Shown: positions 16,060-24,756 of the stretch, one piece after another
Layout: every line of letters starts with the position of its first letter
Position numbering within the stretch: the stretch's first letter is position 1
Position numbers and translations under genes: made by a program
Notes under the pieces: generated by a model
What the model saw: only the letters and a program-made list of their open reading frames with translations
Told to the model about the DNA's origin: nothing
Database searches by the model: none
Origin: Candidatus Electrothrix sp. GW3-4
GTDB lineage: Bacteria; Desulfobacterota; Desulfobulbia; Desulfobulbales; Desulfobulbaceae
Direction of reading: 5' to 3'
Length of the DNA stretch: 32,000 bases
Assembly (NCBI RefSeq): GCF_037902255.1
Contig: NZ_CP147990.1
Coordinates: 720,001-752,000, forward strand

Positions 16060-17151
16060 TCAGCTCTCTTTTTCGGTCTTGGCAAGTTGTGCCAACCTGA
16101 TTTGCTCTTTTTTCTGAAAGCCGTACTCAACCAGTCGCTTAATATCCCGCCACATGGTTTCACTGCCCATGATGGCGACAACAATAGTATCATCTCCCCG
16201 TTGAAATTGGCCCACATAGGTTTGCCGAGCGAGATTGGTGTAACCGGTTTTACCTGCCAGAGTGCCCTTCACCTGCCAAAGCGCCCTGTTATGATTGCGG
16301 AGGAGTTTGCCATAGGAGGTTTTGATCTTTGTCCGTTTCATGCGGTGGGCAAATTCCTTATCCTGCATAGCGTGTCGGAAAATCTGAGCGAGATCCCGGG
16401 CCGTGGATTGCTGTCCCTTGGCAGTCAATCCAGATGCTGTGCGGCAGATGGTATTTTTTGCCCCCCAGAGCCGCGCATGCAGGGTCATTAACTTGGCAAA
16501 ATCGGCCTCACTGCCAGCAATTTTTTCTGCCAGAGCAACGCTGGCGTCGTTTGCTGAAGCGAGGAGGACGGCGTTGATCAGATCGTTAGCCTTGTATTTT
16601 TTCCTGGTGCTCAAGTAGACCTTGGACCTTGGCATTTTTTCCGCATGCCGACTTATCCCGATTTTTTCGTTATCCTTTAGACGTTTTATGGCGATCATGC
16701 CGGTCAGTACCTTGATGGTGGATGCCGGTTGACGGGGATTATCCGGGGCCTTGGCAAAGATGGTCTCGCCCGTTTTCGCATCCAGGATAATAGCGCTTTT
16801 TGAGGTGATATGCCGGTTAATGCCGGTCACACGTTTCCTCTTCTTCTCTCGGGAGCGTTTGGGCGTTGTGGTGCAAGAAACCCGCGTGACTCTTTCTTTG
16901 ACCGAGGAAATACTCCCTTTGCTGCCGAGAATCACGGGTACACTGGAGTCTACAGAACAAGTCGATTCAACGGCTACCTTGTCATTTACGAGAGAAGATG
17001 ATATGGAAGGAAGCTGTTTTTCAGCTTGGGGAGATTTTTTGGCTGTATTACTTAAGACGGGGACAGCGGCTTGTGCTTGCAGCTGACCGGAAGAAAAGGT
17101 AAATATGCACGGAGCCAAGAGGGTGATGAATAAAAAAGAGCATCGATTCAT
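16060..17151 (-). CDS. D-alanyl-D-alanine carboxypeptidase (peptidase S11, PBP5/6-like)
   Basis: It has a signal peptide and the three motifs SxxK (ASTIK), SxN (SAND) and KTG (AGKTGYT). A low-complexity linker lies between the signal peptide and the catalytic domain. Confidence 0.9.
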   Translation of the reverse strand: MNRCSFLFITLLAPCIFTFSSGQLQAQAAVPVLSNTAKKSPQAEKQLPSISSSLVNDKVAVESTCSVDSSVPVILGSKGSISSVKERVTRVSCTTTPKRSREKKRKRVTGINRHITSKSAIILDAKTGETIFAKAPDNPRQPASTIKVLTGMIAIKRLKDNEKIGISRHAEKMPRSKVYLSTRKKYKANDLINAVLLASANDASVALAEKIAGSEADFAKLMTLHARLWGAKNTICRTASGLTAKGQQSTARDLAQIFRHAMQDKEFAHRMKRTKIKTSYGKLLRNHNRALWQVKGTLAGKTGYTNLARQTYVGQFQRGDDTIVVAIMGSETMWRDIKRLVEYGFQKKEQIRLAQLAKTEKES

Positions 17152-17287
17152 AGAAGGTATCCTTTTTATGTCTCAGGTTCGGGGGAAATTTGCGAAACAG
17201 AAGCATGAGAAGGTATGGGCTTTCGTTTGCAGAAAAGCCGCTCTGTTTTCGCATTGAAAATTACAAATTTATTATAACTGATAAAAA

Positions 17288-17317
17288 TTGACTTTGCATC
17301 TTTTTAGGGTAAAAATA
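17288..17317 (+). promoter_or_regulatory. Sigma70-like promoter (TTGACT-N16-TAAAAA)
   Basis: The -35 element is TTGACT at 17288-17293 and the -10 element is TAAAAA(T) at 17310-17316. It lies upstream of the 17434 gene. Confidence 0.4.
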
Positions 17318-17433
17318 TTCTTTAGATGGATTGGCGCGACGCATCATTTGTCAGCACCGTCTTTTTTGTGGTTCAATTCTTCTCTATCGCAATATTCCTT
17401 TCCCTGAACATCGGATTTTTACAACTCGAATTT

Positions 17434-19164
17434 ATGAAAAAAATATTTTTTTGGCTTTGTTTTCTCTGCATCGTCGGAGTCCTTTCTTATTTTTTGCTCC
17501 GTCCTGCTCCGCCAGAACCTGGGCAAGCTGATTATGCCGATTTTCTCTCTGAGGAGGAGACCGTGGCTGCTGTCAGTCTTTATGACCTGGAGGGGGTGTC
17601 TGAGGCATTTCCAGAAACACCCTTGGGGCGTTTCCTCTCCAAACCGGTTATGCATGAGATGATGAAAGAGCTTGGGGCTACGGAAGAGGATTTTGGGGGA
17701 TATGATGCCTTTTATGAGAGTGTTGCCGATATCATGACGAGCCCGGTCTTTCGCCAGGTCTTTGGTGATGATGTGAGCATTGCCCTCTGTTCGCCGGATC
17801 TGGAAGGGGTACAGGCCAACCCGGAGCAGGAATTGAAGAATTCCCTTTTGGCCTTTGGTACCTCAGCTTCGGCAGGGCCTATCAGCCGATTTGCCCGCAT
17901 GGTGATGCGGAAGGATGTGACCAACACGAAGATAGCTGGCCTGGATATGACCCGGATCAGGGTGGATGAGCATGAGATGCTCTACGGGTATGATGTCCAG
18001 GGGGTTATTGTGCTGGCCTATGATCCCAGGAGGATCGTCAGGGCTGTTCAGCAAAAAACAGCAGGGAACGCCCTGCGGCATTCTCCGTCATTTACTGCAA
18101 CAGAGGCATTCTGGAAAGAGGAGGGCCAGGGACGTGTCTATGCGCGTTTACATTTCAATGCGATCTTGCTGCAAGACCTTCTCCGTGCTTTTGACCAACA
18201 AAAAACAGAGGATGTGGCAGAAGGGCTGGCAGGGGTGAAGAGCATAGGGGGGCTGATTGTTGAAACCCAGGGAGAGGTTCATGCACGAATCCAAGGGGAA
18301 CGTGACCCTGAGCTGCTGCCTGAGGAGGTTCGGGCGAGAGAGGCCTTATTGGGTCGTGAGGGGGGGGCTGCCTCACCCCTCTTACAAAAAAAGACCTTGT
18401 TGCATTATCGATTGGCTCAGTTTGATAAGGCGTTTTTTCGCAAATTTTTATCCTCTGCTGAGACGGAACAGCAGTACAGCGAGCTGGAAAAGACGGTTCA
18501 GGAAGAGGTCGGTTTCTCTCTGGATAAATTTTTGGAAGCAGTAGGGCCTCAGGCCGGGATATCGGTCCATGAAATTGTCAATGCAGGCATATTTCCCCTC
18601 CCGAAAACGGTGTTGGCTCTCCAGGTTCGGAATAAAAAGGCTGTGGGCTGGGCATTGAGAAAATTACGTGATGCTCTTAAAAAACAGGGGATTGCCAATG
18701 AACATCAGGAGAAAATACATGGTCATCGTATCTATTACTGGACGCTCATGCCTATTGAAGCCACGCATCTGGCCATAGCGCTGACCGACACCATGTTATA
18801 TATCACCAATGGGGAAAGCCAGTTGCGGACTTTGCTTGCAGGAGGACAGGTTGCTGAATCTCTAGCGGAAAATATGGTCAAGGAGTTGGGCAAGACAGCC
18901 GGGACCTGTGTGGCGAACGCTAATTCTTCAGCATTTCTTCTTCGACCAGCTCGGTTGGCTCCCGAGATTGCTCCGTTTGCGGATTGGTTGACGGATATGA
19001 TGCTGGCCAAAGGAAGTGATTCTGGCAAGAAAACACAGGAGGAGGTTCTCGCCTTGATGCGTTCGTTTGATCTTGTTGCTGCCTGTAGCAACCTTACAGA
19101 AACACAGCTCAGGGGGGAGATTATTTTGAAGGCCTTGCCCGTGGCTAACGAAGAGAAAAAATGA
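17434..19164 (+). CDS. Hypothetical N-terminally membrane-anchored protein (possibly DUF3352-like)
   Basis: I chose the ATG at 17434 (MKKIFFWLCFLCIVGVLSYFLL, a single TM helix). The rest is about 560 aa with no motif I can name. The DUF3352 resemblance is an impression only. Confidence 0.7.
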   Translation: MKKIFFWLCFLCIVGVLSYFLLRPAPPEPGQADYADFLSEEETVAAVSLYDLEGVSEAFPETPLGRFLSKPVMHEMMKELGATEEDFGGYDAFYESVADIMTSPVFRQVFGDDVSIALCSPDLEGVQANPEQELKNSLLAFGTSASAGPISRFARMVMRKDVTNTKIAGLDMTRIRVDEHEMLYGYDVQGVIVLAYDPRRIVRAVQQKTAGNALRHSPSFTATEAFWKEEGQGRVYARLHFNAILLQDLLRAFDQQKTEDVAEGLAGVKSIGGLIVETQGEVHARIQGERDPELLPEEVRAREALLGREGGAASPLLQKKTLLHYRLAQFDKAFFRKFLSSAETEQQYSELEKTVQEEVGFSLDKFLEAVGPQAGISVHEIVNAGIFPLPKTVLALQVRNKKAVGWALRKLRDALKKQGIANEHQEKIHGHRIYYWTLMPIEATHLAIALTDTMLYITNGESQLRTLLAGGQVAESLAENMVKELGKTAGTCVANANSSAFLLRPARLAPEIAPFADWLTDMMLAKGSDSGKKTQEEVLALMRSFDLVAACSNLTETQLRGEIILKALPVANEEKK

Positions 19165-19235
19165 GCATTCATAATAAAGGCCTTGCAGCAGCAATAAGGA
19201 GAAGTGCGTTGTTTGTCAAAAAAGGAGGGGAGGGG

Positions 19236-20603
19236 ATGAAGAAACTGGGGAAACAGGTATGGGGCTGGGCCCTGTATGATTGGGCAAATTCCGCTTTTGC
19301 AACAACAGTGATGGCGGGTTTTTTCCCGATTTTTTTTAAACAGTACTGGAGCGTTGGCGCGGATGTCAATACGAGTACGGCCCAGCTCGGTTTCGCTAAT
19401 GCCATTGCGAGTTTGATTGTCGCGGCAATGGCCCCGCTCCTGGGCGCTATCGCTGACAGAGGGAGCGCTAAGAAGCGTCTGCTCCTGCTCTTTGCCTATC
19501 TCGGCGTCTTGATGACTGCATCCCTGTTTTTTGTCCAACAGGGGCAATGGCTCTGGGCGGTTTTTGTTTATTCCATGGGGATTATCGGCTTTTCCGGGGC
19601 GAATATTTTTTATGATTCCCTGCTGCCGGGCGTGGCGAAAAAAGACAATATTGATTACATCTCCAGCCTTGGTTTTTCCCTGGGCTATCTCGGAGGAGGG
19701 GTGCTTTTTTTGATCAATGTCCTGATGACCTTGTACCCCAAGGTATTTGGACTTGCCGATGCTGGCGAGGCAGTGCGCTGGTCTTTTCTGACCGTGGCCC
19801 TCTGGTGGGGAGGCTTCACCCTCTTTACCCTTTTCTGGGTTGAGGAGGAAAAGAAGGCGGTTGAGAGCCGCTCTGTTATGCAGTCCATCAGGGAGGGGGG
19901 GCGACAGTTTGTCGAAACATTTCATGAGATTCGTCATCTGAAGACCATTTTTCTTTTTCTCCTGGCCTACTGGTTCTATATCGACGGAGTGGATACCATA
20001 GTGCGGATGGCCGTCGATTATGGCCTGTCCCTGGGGTTTGTCTCCAACGACCTCATTATTGCTCTGCTGATTGTCCAGTTTGTCGGCTTTCCGGCCGCAT
20101 TGCTGTTCGGTAAGCTCGGGCAGTCCTGGGGAGTGCGTAAATCCATCTTCCTGGGAATTGGGATCTATATGTTGATCACCCTTTGGGGGGTCATGATGGA
20201 GAGCAAGCAGGAGTTTTATATCCTGGCCGGGGCCATTGGTCTGGCGCAGGGGGGGATTCAAGCCCTGAGCCGTTCTTTTTATTCACGTCTGATTCCGGCG
20301 GATAAGCCTGCTGAGTACTATGGCTTTTATAATATGCTCGGCAAGTTTGCCGCCATCTTAGGACCGGCCTTGATGGGGAGTGTCGGCCTTTTGGTTCGTC
20401 GCCTACTTATGCCTCCCACACCCACGGCAGAACAGGTGGAAACAGTGGGCAGGATTGCCTCACGCTGGGGGATCGGCTCTCTTCTCCTGCTCTTTCTTAT
20501 CGGCGGTGTCTTGTTGTACTTTGTGGATGAAGAGAAGGGGAAGCAAGAGGCCCTGTGCCTGGCTGGAGGAGAAGGCGCGCAGGCTAAGGAAAGAGTCGCG
20601 TAA
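19236..20603 (+). CDS. MFS transporter, UMF1 / Atg22-like family
   Basis: WGWALYDWANSAFATTVMAGFFPIFF is typical of this family, and there are many TM segments. I chose the ATG at 19236 because AAAGGAGGGGAGGGG lies directly upstream. Confidence 0.85.
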   Translation: MKKLGKQVWGWALYDWANSAFATTVMAGFFPIFFKQYWSVGADVNTSTAQLGFANAIASLIVAAMAPLLGAIADRGSAKKRLLLLFAYLGVLMTASLFFVQQGQWLWAVFVYSMGIIGFSGANIFYDSLLPGVAKKDNIDYISSLGFSLGYLGGGVLFLINVLMTLYPKVFGLADAGEAVRWSFLTVALWWGGFTLFTLFWVEEEKKAVESRSVMQSIREGGRQFVETFHEIRHLKTIFLFLLAYWFYIDGVDTIVRMAVDYGLSLGFVSNDLIIALLIVQFVGFPAALLFGKLGQSWGVRKSIFLGIGIYMLITLWGVMMESKQEFYILAGAIGLAQGGIQALSRSFYSRLIPADKPAEYYGFYNMLGKFAAILGPALMGSVGLLVRRLLMPPTPTAEQVETVGRIASRWGIGSLLLLFLIGGVLLYFVDEEKGKQEALCLAGGEGAQAKERVA

Positions 20604-20661
20604 GGGGGCTTCTGTTTTCCTGTTGAGCTTTGTTACTCCTCTCTCCTCCCCTGGAGGACCC

Positions 20662-21552
20662 TCAGGGTGAGAAGCTGTATTCCGCCTTGAACAGGTAGGC
20701 CCAGGAGGTTTTGGGCTCATATGCCCCCAGCTCTTCTTCATCCTGAGTAAAGAAGGTCAGTTGCCGCTGGAAGTAGTGACGCACCCCCATGCTGAGCAGG
20801 AGCTCGTCGAGCGGTTTGTACTCAAGATGGAGACCGGGGAGCAGGTTTTCAGCCTTGATGTACCCCTCTGCCGCGACGGTATTGTCCTCAGCCAGTTGGT
20901 AAATCCGGTTTTCCCAGAGGATGTCGAGTTTCAAGGCGAGTTGTTCCGTCAGGCTATAACGCAGAGCTGTCTCCGGGAAGGCAAGAATACCGTGCAGGCC
21001 CTTTTTCTTGTCCTTATTCCAGGCCAAGCCAAAGACTGGATAGAAGGTGGTGTCGGCAGGATGATAGAGGACGCCAGCACCGCAGTAGAGGTCGAGGCTC
21101 GGTGTGACGCTATAGGAGGTGATGACCTGCGGGTTATAGGTGATCGCCTCTGTTGCAAGTTTATCCTTGAAACCGAGGAGCGCCGTGCCCTTCGCCCAGA
21201 TACCCCACTGTTTTCCGATGGTTTGATAATATTGCAGTGCTGGCGCAAGGTAGGTGAGCTCGGAAAAGGGTTCTGCTGCTCCCATAAAATTATGCCCCTG
21301 CCAGTCGTAGCTCCGGTGGTCCAGATCAATGAGAAGGAATTGCCATTCCGCACCTGCGGCAATCTCAGTATAGCCCATTGAAGCACCAGTGCCATCGATA
21401 TCGGCCTGTTCCACCTGTTTTACTGAGAAGTTTGTCTTAATCTCAGGAGACCTGCTCTCTTGATCGTCTGAAGCATTGGCTTGGGCCAATGGGTTGGGGC
21501 CTAACAGCAAGGCCGCGAGTCCCAAAGTGAGACCTGTTCTCTTATAATGCAT
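20662..21552 (-). CDS. Putative outer-membrane beta-barrel protein
   Basis: It has a signal peptide (MHYKRTGLTLGLAALLLGPNPLAQA). It has alternating aromatic/aliphatic beta-strand patterns and an aromatic-rich C-terminus (AYLFKAEYSFSP). I did not recognise a named family. Confidence 0.6.
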   Translation of the reverse strand: MHYKRTGLTLGLAALLLGPNPLAQANASDDQESRSPEIKTNFSVKQVEQADIDGTGASMGYTEIAAGAEWQFLLIDLDHRSYDWQGHNFMGAAEPFSELTYLAPALQYYQTIGKQWGIWAKGTALLGFKDKLATEAITYNPQVITSYSVTPSLDLYCGAGVLYHPADTTFYPVFGLAWNKDKKKGLHGILAFPETALRYSLTEQLALKLDILWENRIYQLAEDNTVAAEGYIKAENLLPGLHLEYKPLDELLLSMGVRHYFQRQLTFFTQDEEELGAYEPKTSWAYLFKAEYSFSP

Positions 21553-21686
21553 TCTTCATCACCTTTATTTTGTCAGGGCAGCACCTTCTGCTTGTTCATT
21601 ATGGGGAAAATTTTTTGATAAGGACATTATAGACGTGGGGAAGCTCTGCTTGTCTTTCAAAAAAAAGAAAGGGGCAGGGCGGGCAG

Positions 21687-22346
21687 CTAAAAGCAACATT
21701 CTTCGTAAAAAGTATATTTCTGCCAGTGTGAAACCAAGAAGCCGAGGTAACGTTTATATTCAGGCGAGCTCCTTCTTCTGTGGCAGTCATTGAGTTTCTT
21801 GAGCCATTTTTCATTGGCATAGAGTTTTTTCCACTCCATGCCAATCCCATGCAGATTGAGATAGATCTCAAGGAGAAAGCGACCTATCCTGCCGTTGGCA
21901 TCATAAAACGGGTGGATCTGGACAAAATGCTGATAAAATTTGACGGCCTGATACACGGGCACCTCTGTTCGGGGGATGAGATGGGATATCGCACCCTGCA
22001 CCTCAGCCTTAATGCCTCCTGGTGGAGTGCCCTGAAATTGCTGGCGCGATCCAAAGAGAACAAGGCCATTATTAGGGTCCTGACTCTGGCGATAGGATCC
22101 TGCGTTGGCAAAGATGTCCTCAAAGAGGTAGTAATGGAGAATACAGGGGAGCTGGACAAAGAGTCGTTGGTATTCCTCTGAATGGAGCTGCCTGAGTCTG
22201 GGGATAAAGCTCTCTGTATTTAATTTGTCAAAGCGGGCGTGAACGGTCCGGAGAGCGATATCAAGTGCTGGAGGGCTAGCCACCGGGAAGTCCTCCATAA
22301 GCTCGCGAAAATGGGCCCGATCGTGAGAGTCGCTCCGGTGATGCAA
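21687..22346 (-). CDS. Fic/Doc-family protein (putative toxin)
   Basis: The core motif is HPFYDANGRIGR, a variant of HxFx(D/E)GNGRxxR. The upstream element is IFANAGSYR. The TTG start at 22346 directly abuts the stop of the upstream gene; an alternative ATG lies 16 codons in. Confidence 0.85.
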   Translation of the reverse strand: MHHRSDSHDRAHFRELMEDFPVASPPALDIALRTVHARFDKLNTESFIPRLRQLHSEEYQRLFVQLPCILHYYLFEDIFANAGSYRQSQDPNNGLVLFGSRQQFQGTPPGGIKAEVQGAISHLIPRTEVPVYQAVKFYQHFVQIHPFYDANGRIGRFLLEIYLNLHGIGMEWKKLYANEKWLKKLNDCHRRRSSPEYKRYLGFLVSHWQKYTFYEECCF

Positions 22347-22991
22347 TTAGAGCAGCTCGTCTATCTCACGCAGCAGGTTTTGAAAATCATGCTTGGCTTT
22401 CTGGCTCTGATGCTGATAATCTTCTGCGGTTGGATAGGTGGCAAAGGTTTCAGCCTCTTCTTTATCCATGTCCAAGGTGAAGGAATGCCAGGAATTGGAT
22501 TTCAGGACGTGGAAGGGCTGTTGGGCGGCATTCTGGAGTTTGAGGAAATTTTTGGCAAAGGGCTGGTTGGAATAATAGGTGAAAATTGCCGCATCGCTGA
22601 TAACTGCACTCTCTTCTGCTTCCAACCAAGGAGCCTCATTATGGGTCATTGCACTGAGGGTGAAAGCAGAATAATCGACATAATTATCTAGAATAAAAGT
22701 GAGGATTTGCCCCTGTTCCGGGCTAATGCCTGCGGGTTTTCTTCCCAGAGGGATGACATCCGCCCCGTGCTTTTTATAGGCATTATAGATAGAGGCGTTC
22801 ACTGGGCCATAGGTCCATTTTTCGAAATCGGCCTGGATAAAGGGATGATGTGCCACCAAAGTCCATGACTTGGCATAATAGGCTAGCTTTTGCAGCTTCA
22901 TCGGTGTGATGCCTTTATCCGGATATGCGGCGATGATGAACTGGGCCAGCTCTATGGCATGCAGAGGCTGGGCCTTGGGAACTTCAGTCAT
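22347..22991 (-). CDS. Panacea (DUF4065 / SocA-like) domain protein (putative antitoxin)
   Basis: The N-terminal half (PMKLQKLAYYAKSWTLVAHHPFIQADFEKWTYGPVNASIYNAY...THNEAPW) fits the DUF4065 pattern. It is followed by an acidic C-terminal extension of about 80 aa. Confidence 0.75.
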   Translation of the reverse strand: MTEVPKAQPLHAIELAQFIIAAYPDKGITPMKLQKLAYYAKSWTLVAHHPFIQADFEKWTYGPVNASIYNAYKKHGADVIPLGRKPAGISPEQGQILTFILDNYVDYSAFTLSAMTHNEAPWLEAEESAVISDAAIFTYYSNQPFAKNFLKLQNAAQQPFHVLKSNSWHSFTLDMDKEEAETFATYPTAEDYQHQSQKAKHDFQNLLREIDELL

Positions 22992-23078
22992 GAATGAAAA
23001 GGTATCCTGCTGTACTGGTGGTGTTCTTTTCTGAGTATACGTACGCTTGTTTGCTGAAAAGTATAGCTTTCCAAGTGA

Positions 23079-23107
23079 AATGTACCGTACAAAACGCTTT
23101 GTGTCAA
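23079..23107 (-). promoter_or_regulatory. Sigma70-like promoter for the Panacea-Fic operon (TTGACA-N17-TACATT)
   Basis: On the minus strand the -35 element is TTGACA (23107-23102) and the -10 element is TACATT (23084-23079), with a 17-nt spacer. It lies about 90 nt upstream of the Panacea ATG. Confidence 0.4.
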
Positions 23108-23420
23108 CGTATCTTGCCGAAGTTGGATGGAAAGTCCGTTTTTTGCCTCAGCGGAGATAGGCGCAATATTCATAAAATCTTCAGGAAAATAAGCGGATGT
23201 TCAGGTCTTATTCGTTAACTTTTTTATTCAGGTGATGGCATTGAGTTTGTTGTTGATGAGATGAAGCGGGACGGTGTGCCGTGGACACTTGTAGGCCTTG
23301 GTGGAAGCAGGAAAAAAAACGAGAATTTATCGGGGAAAAAGTACATGAGACGGTTGAGTAAACATTATTGAAATGAAAAATGGGTCATGTGCTGAGCACG
23401 CACCCGGCAAGAACTGGCCA

Positions 23421-23456
23421 TAAAAGAGGGTCGCTGGCATAAGCCTGCGGCCCTCT
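23421..23456 (-). terminator. Rho-independent terminator after the small secreted-protein gene
   Basis: A 10-bp stem (agagggtcgc 23425-23434 / gcggccctct 23447-23456, one G-U) has a 12-nt loop. On the minus strand it is followed by TTTTATGG. Confidence 0.55.
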
Positions 23457-23524
23457 TCTTTGTAGTTATCAATAGCTAAAAATTTATTGGAAAGGTGCCC
23501 TGTGATAGGGTCTATGTATGGATA

Positions 23525-23851
23525 TCACAGACTAATTATCTTAATACCATTACTGCCATCACATGCTTCAATAAAAAACTTTGCTTCAGGTGGTGAGTTG
23601 AAATTGACAGATACTTCTGGCGGGCAGCCCTGGAGCTCTTTTTTCATGAAATCGCTTGAGCTATTCTCTTCTTGAGAAGAAAATTCTACCCGAACAGACT
23701 TTATATTTCTGTTCGATTTCACTATACAGTTGGTTTCATCGAGGGCCTCGCATTGTACACTATACGCATGATCAATATAAGCACCTTGAGCACTTGCTAT
23801 GAATGGTATTGTCAAGAGTAGTCCTGTAAATAATAATATTTTTTGATTCAT
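23525..23851 (-). CDS. Small secreted protein with four cysteines, uncharacterised
   Basis: The ATG at 23851 is preceded by AAAGGAGGAG. It has a signal peptide (MNQKILLFTGLLLTIPFIASAQG). The mature part is about 85 aa with 4 Cys. The gene is AT-rich. Confidence 0.6.
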   Translation of the reverse strand: MNQKILLFTGLLLTIPFIASAQGAYIDHAYSVQCEALDETNCIVKSNRNIKSVRVEFSSQEENSSSDFMKKELQGCPPEVSVNFNSPPEAKFFIEACDGSNGIKIISL

Positions 23852-23949
23852 ATCGTTACTCCTCCTTTTATACAATCGGTAGTTAACCGAATTTGTAAGT
23901 AAACCTCATGGCTTTCTTGTAATATGAGGGTGGAATATATCTCTATTAA

Positions 23950-24144
23950 TTAATTCTCTATAGCTATAAAGTTGTCCTTTATGAGAAAAATATTCTGATC
24001 ACCCGTGAAAAGGAAAAGGATACCGGTAAGCAAAAACAATACGCTCACTAAGCACATGCACCAGGAGAACCCCTTTAAGATGAAATGCAGTGAAAGTGTA
24101 CCCTTTTCTGTAAACTTTATAACTTTTCCTTTATTGTTCAACAT
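23950..24144 (-). CDS. Small single-pass membrane protein (64 aa), uncharacterised
   Basis: The ATG at 24144 is preceded by GGAGGAG at 8-nt spacing. It has one central hydrophobic helix (FSWCMCLVSVLFLLTGILFLF). The gene is very AT-rich. Confidence 0.45.
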   Translation of the reverse strand: MLNNKGKVIKFTEKGTLSLHFILKGFSWCMCLVSVLFLLTGILFLFTGDQNIFLIKDNFIAIEN

Positions 24145-24525
24145 AAGCAGACTCCTCCATATCAGCTTATTTTTTACTTGCAATAATTATACCCGAACAA
24201 CTAAGGGTGAGTCAGTTGGTCTGTTATTTAAGGAGATATTGGTTTTTATAACAACCACATTGTGGTATATTTTTTATTGACGGTAATTAGTTAACAATCT
24301 TGAATGTCAAGAAGATCTGTATAGTTTTTTATTTGTTTTTTTTTTAAAGTTTAATTTTTATTATATAAACGCAAGCAACTCTCCAGGATATCATCAAGCT
24401 GAAGAGGGCCTCAGGTAGGTGTGCATTATGCTTGAGCTAATCAATTCGTAGGGAGGTGGCGAGGGTTTGGAGGTGTTTGGGGGGGCAGGATATGGCCGAG
24501 AGTGTACTGGTCAAAAGGTCAAAAT

Positions 24526-24548
24526 CGAAAAAAGGCCCGTTGGGGGCC
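24526..24548 (-). terminator. Rho-independent terminator about 200 nt downstream of prmC
   Basis: On the minus strand the sequence reads GGCCC-CCAAC-GGGCC followed by TTTTTTCG (plus-strand A-run at 24528-24533). Confidence 0.45.
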
Positions 24549-24756
24549 GTAAGGAGGGTGATTTTGGTCAACTGGGCGAACCAAGAGGCCGTCCGTCGCG
24601 CATAATCAAACCGCGCAGTGATAGGCAATAGAGGGAAGGGTTAGGAATTCTTCTTGTCGGTTAACTTGATCGCACATATGCCAGCTCATAATGTCGGAAA
24701 ATGGTTGTATGTAGCTGGGAAAAGAAATCTGCGAGAAGTTTGTTCTTCTCTGGTTG

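Noticed and set aside
22994-23218. A 74-aa plus-strand ORF divergent from the Panacea gene.
   Set aside because: It has no RBS and its composition is Cys/Phe-rich and odd. It is antisense to the promoter and leader of the Panacea-Fic operon, so it is probably spurious.
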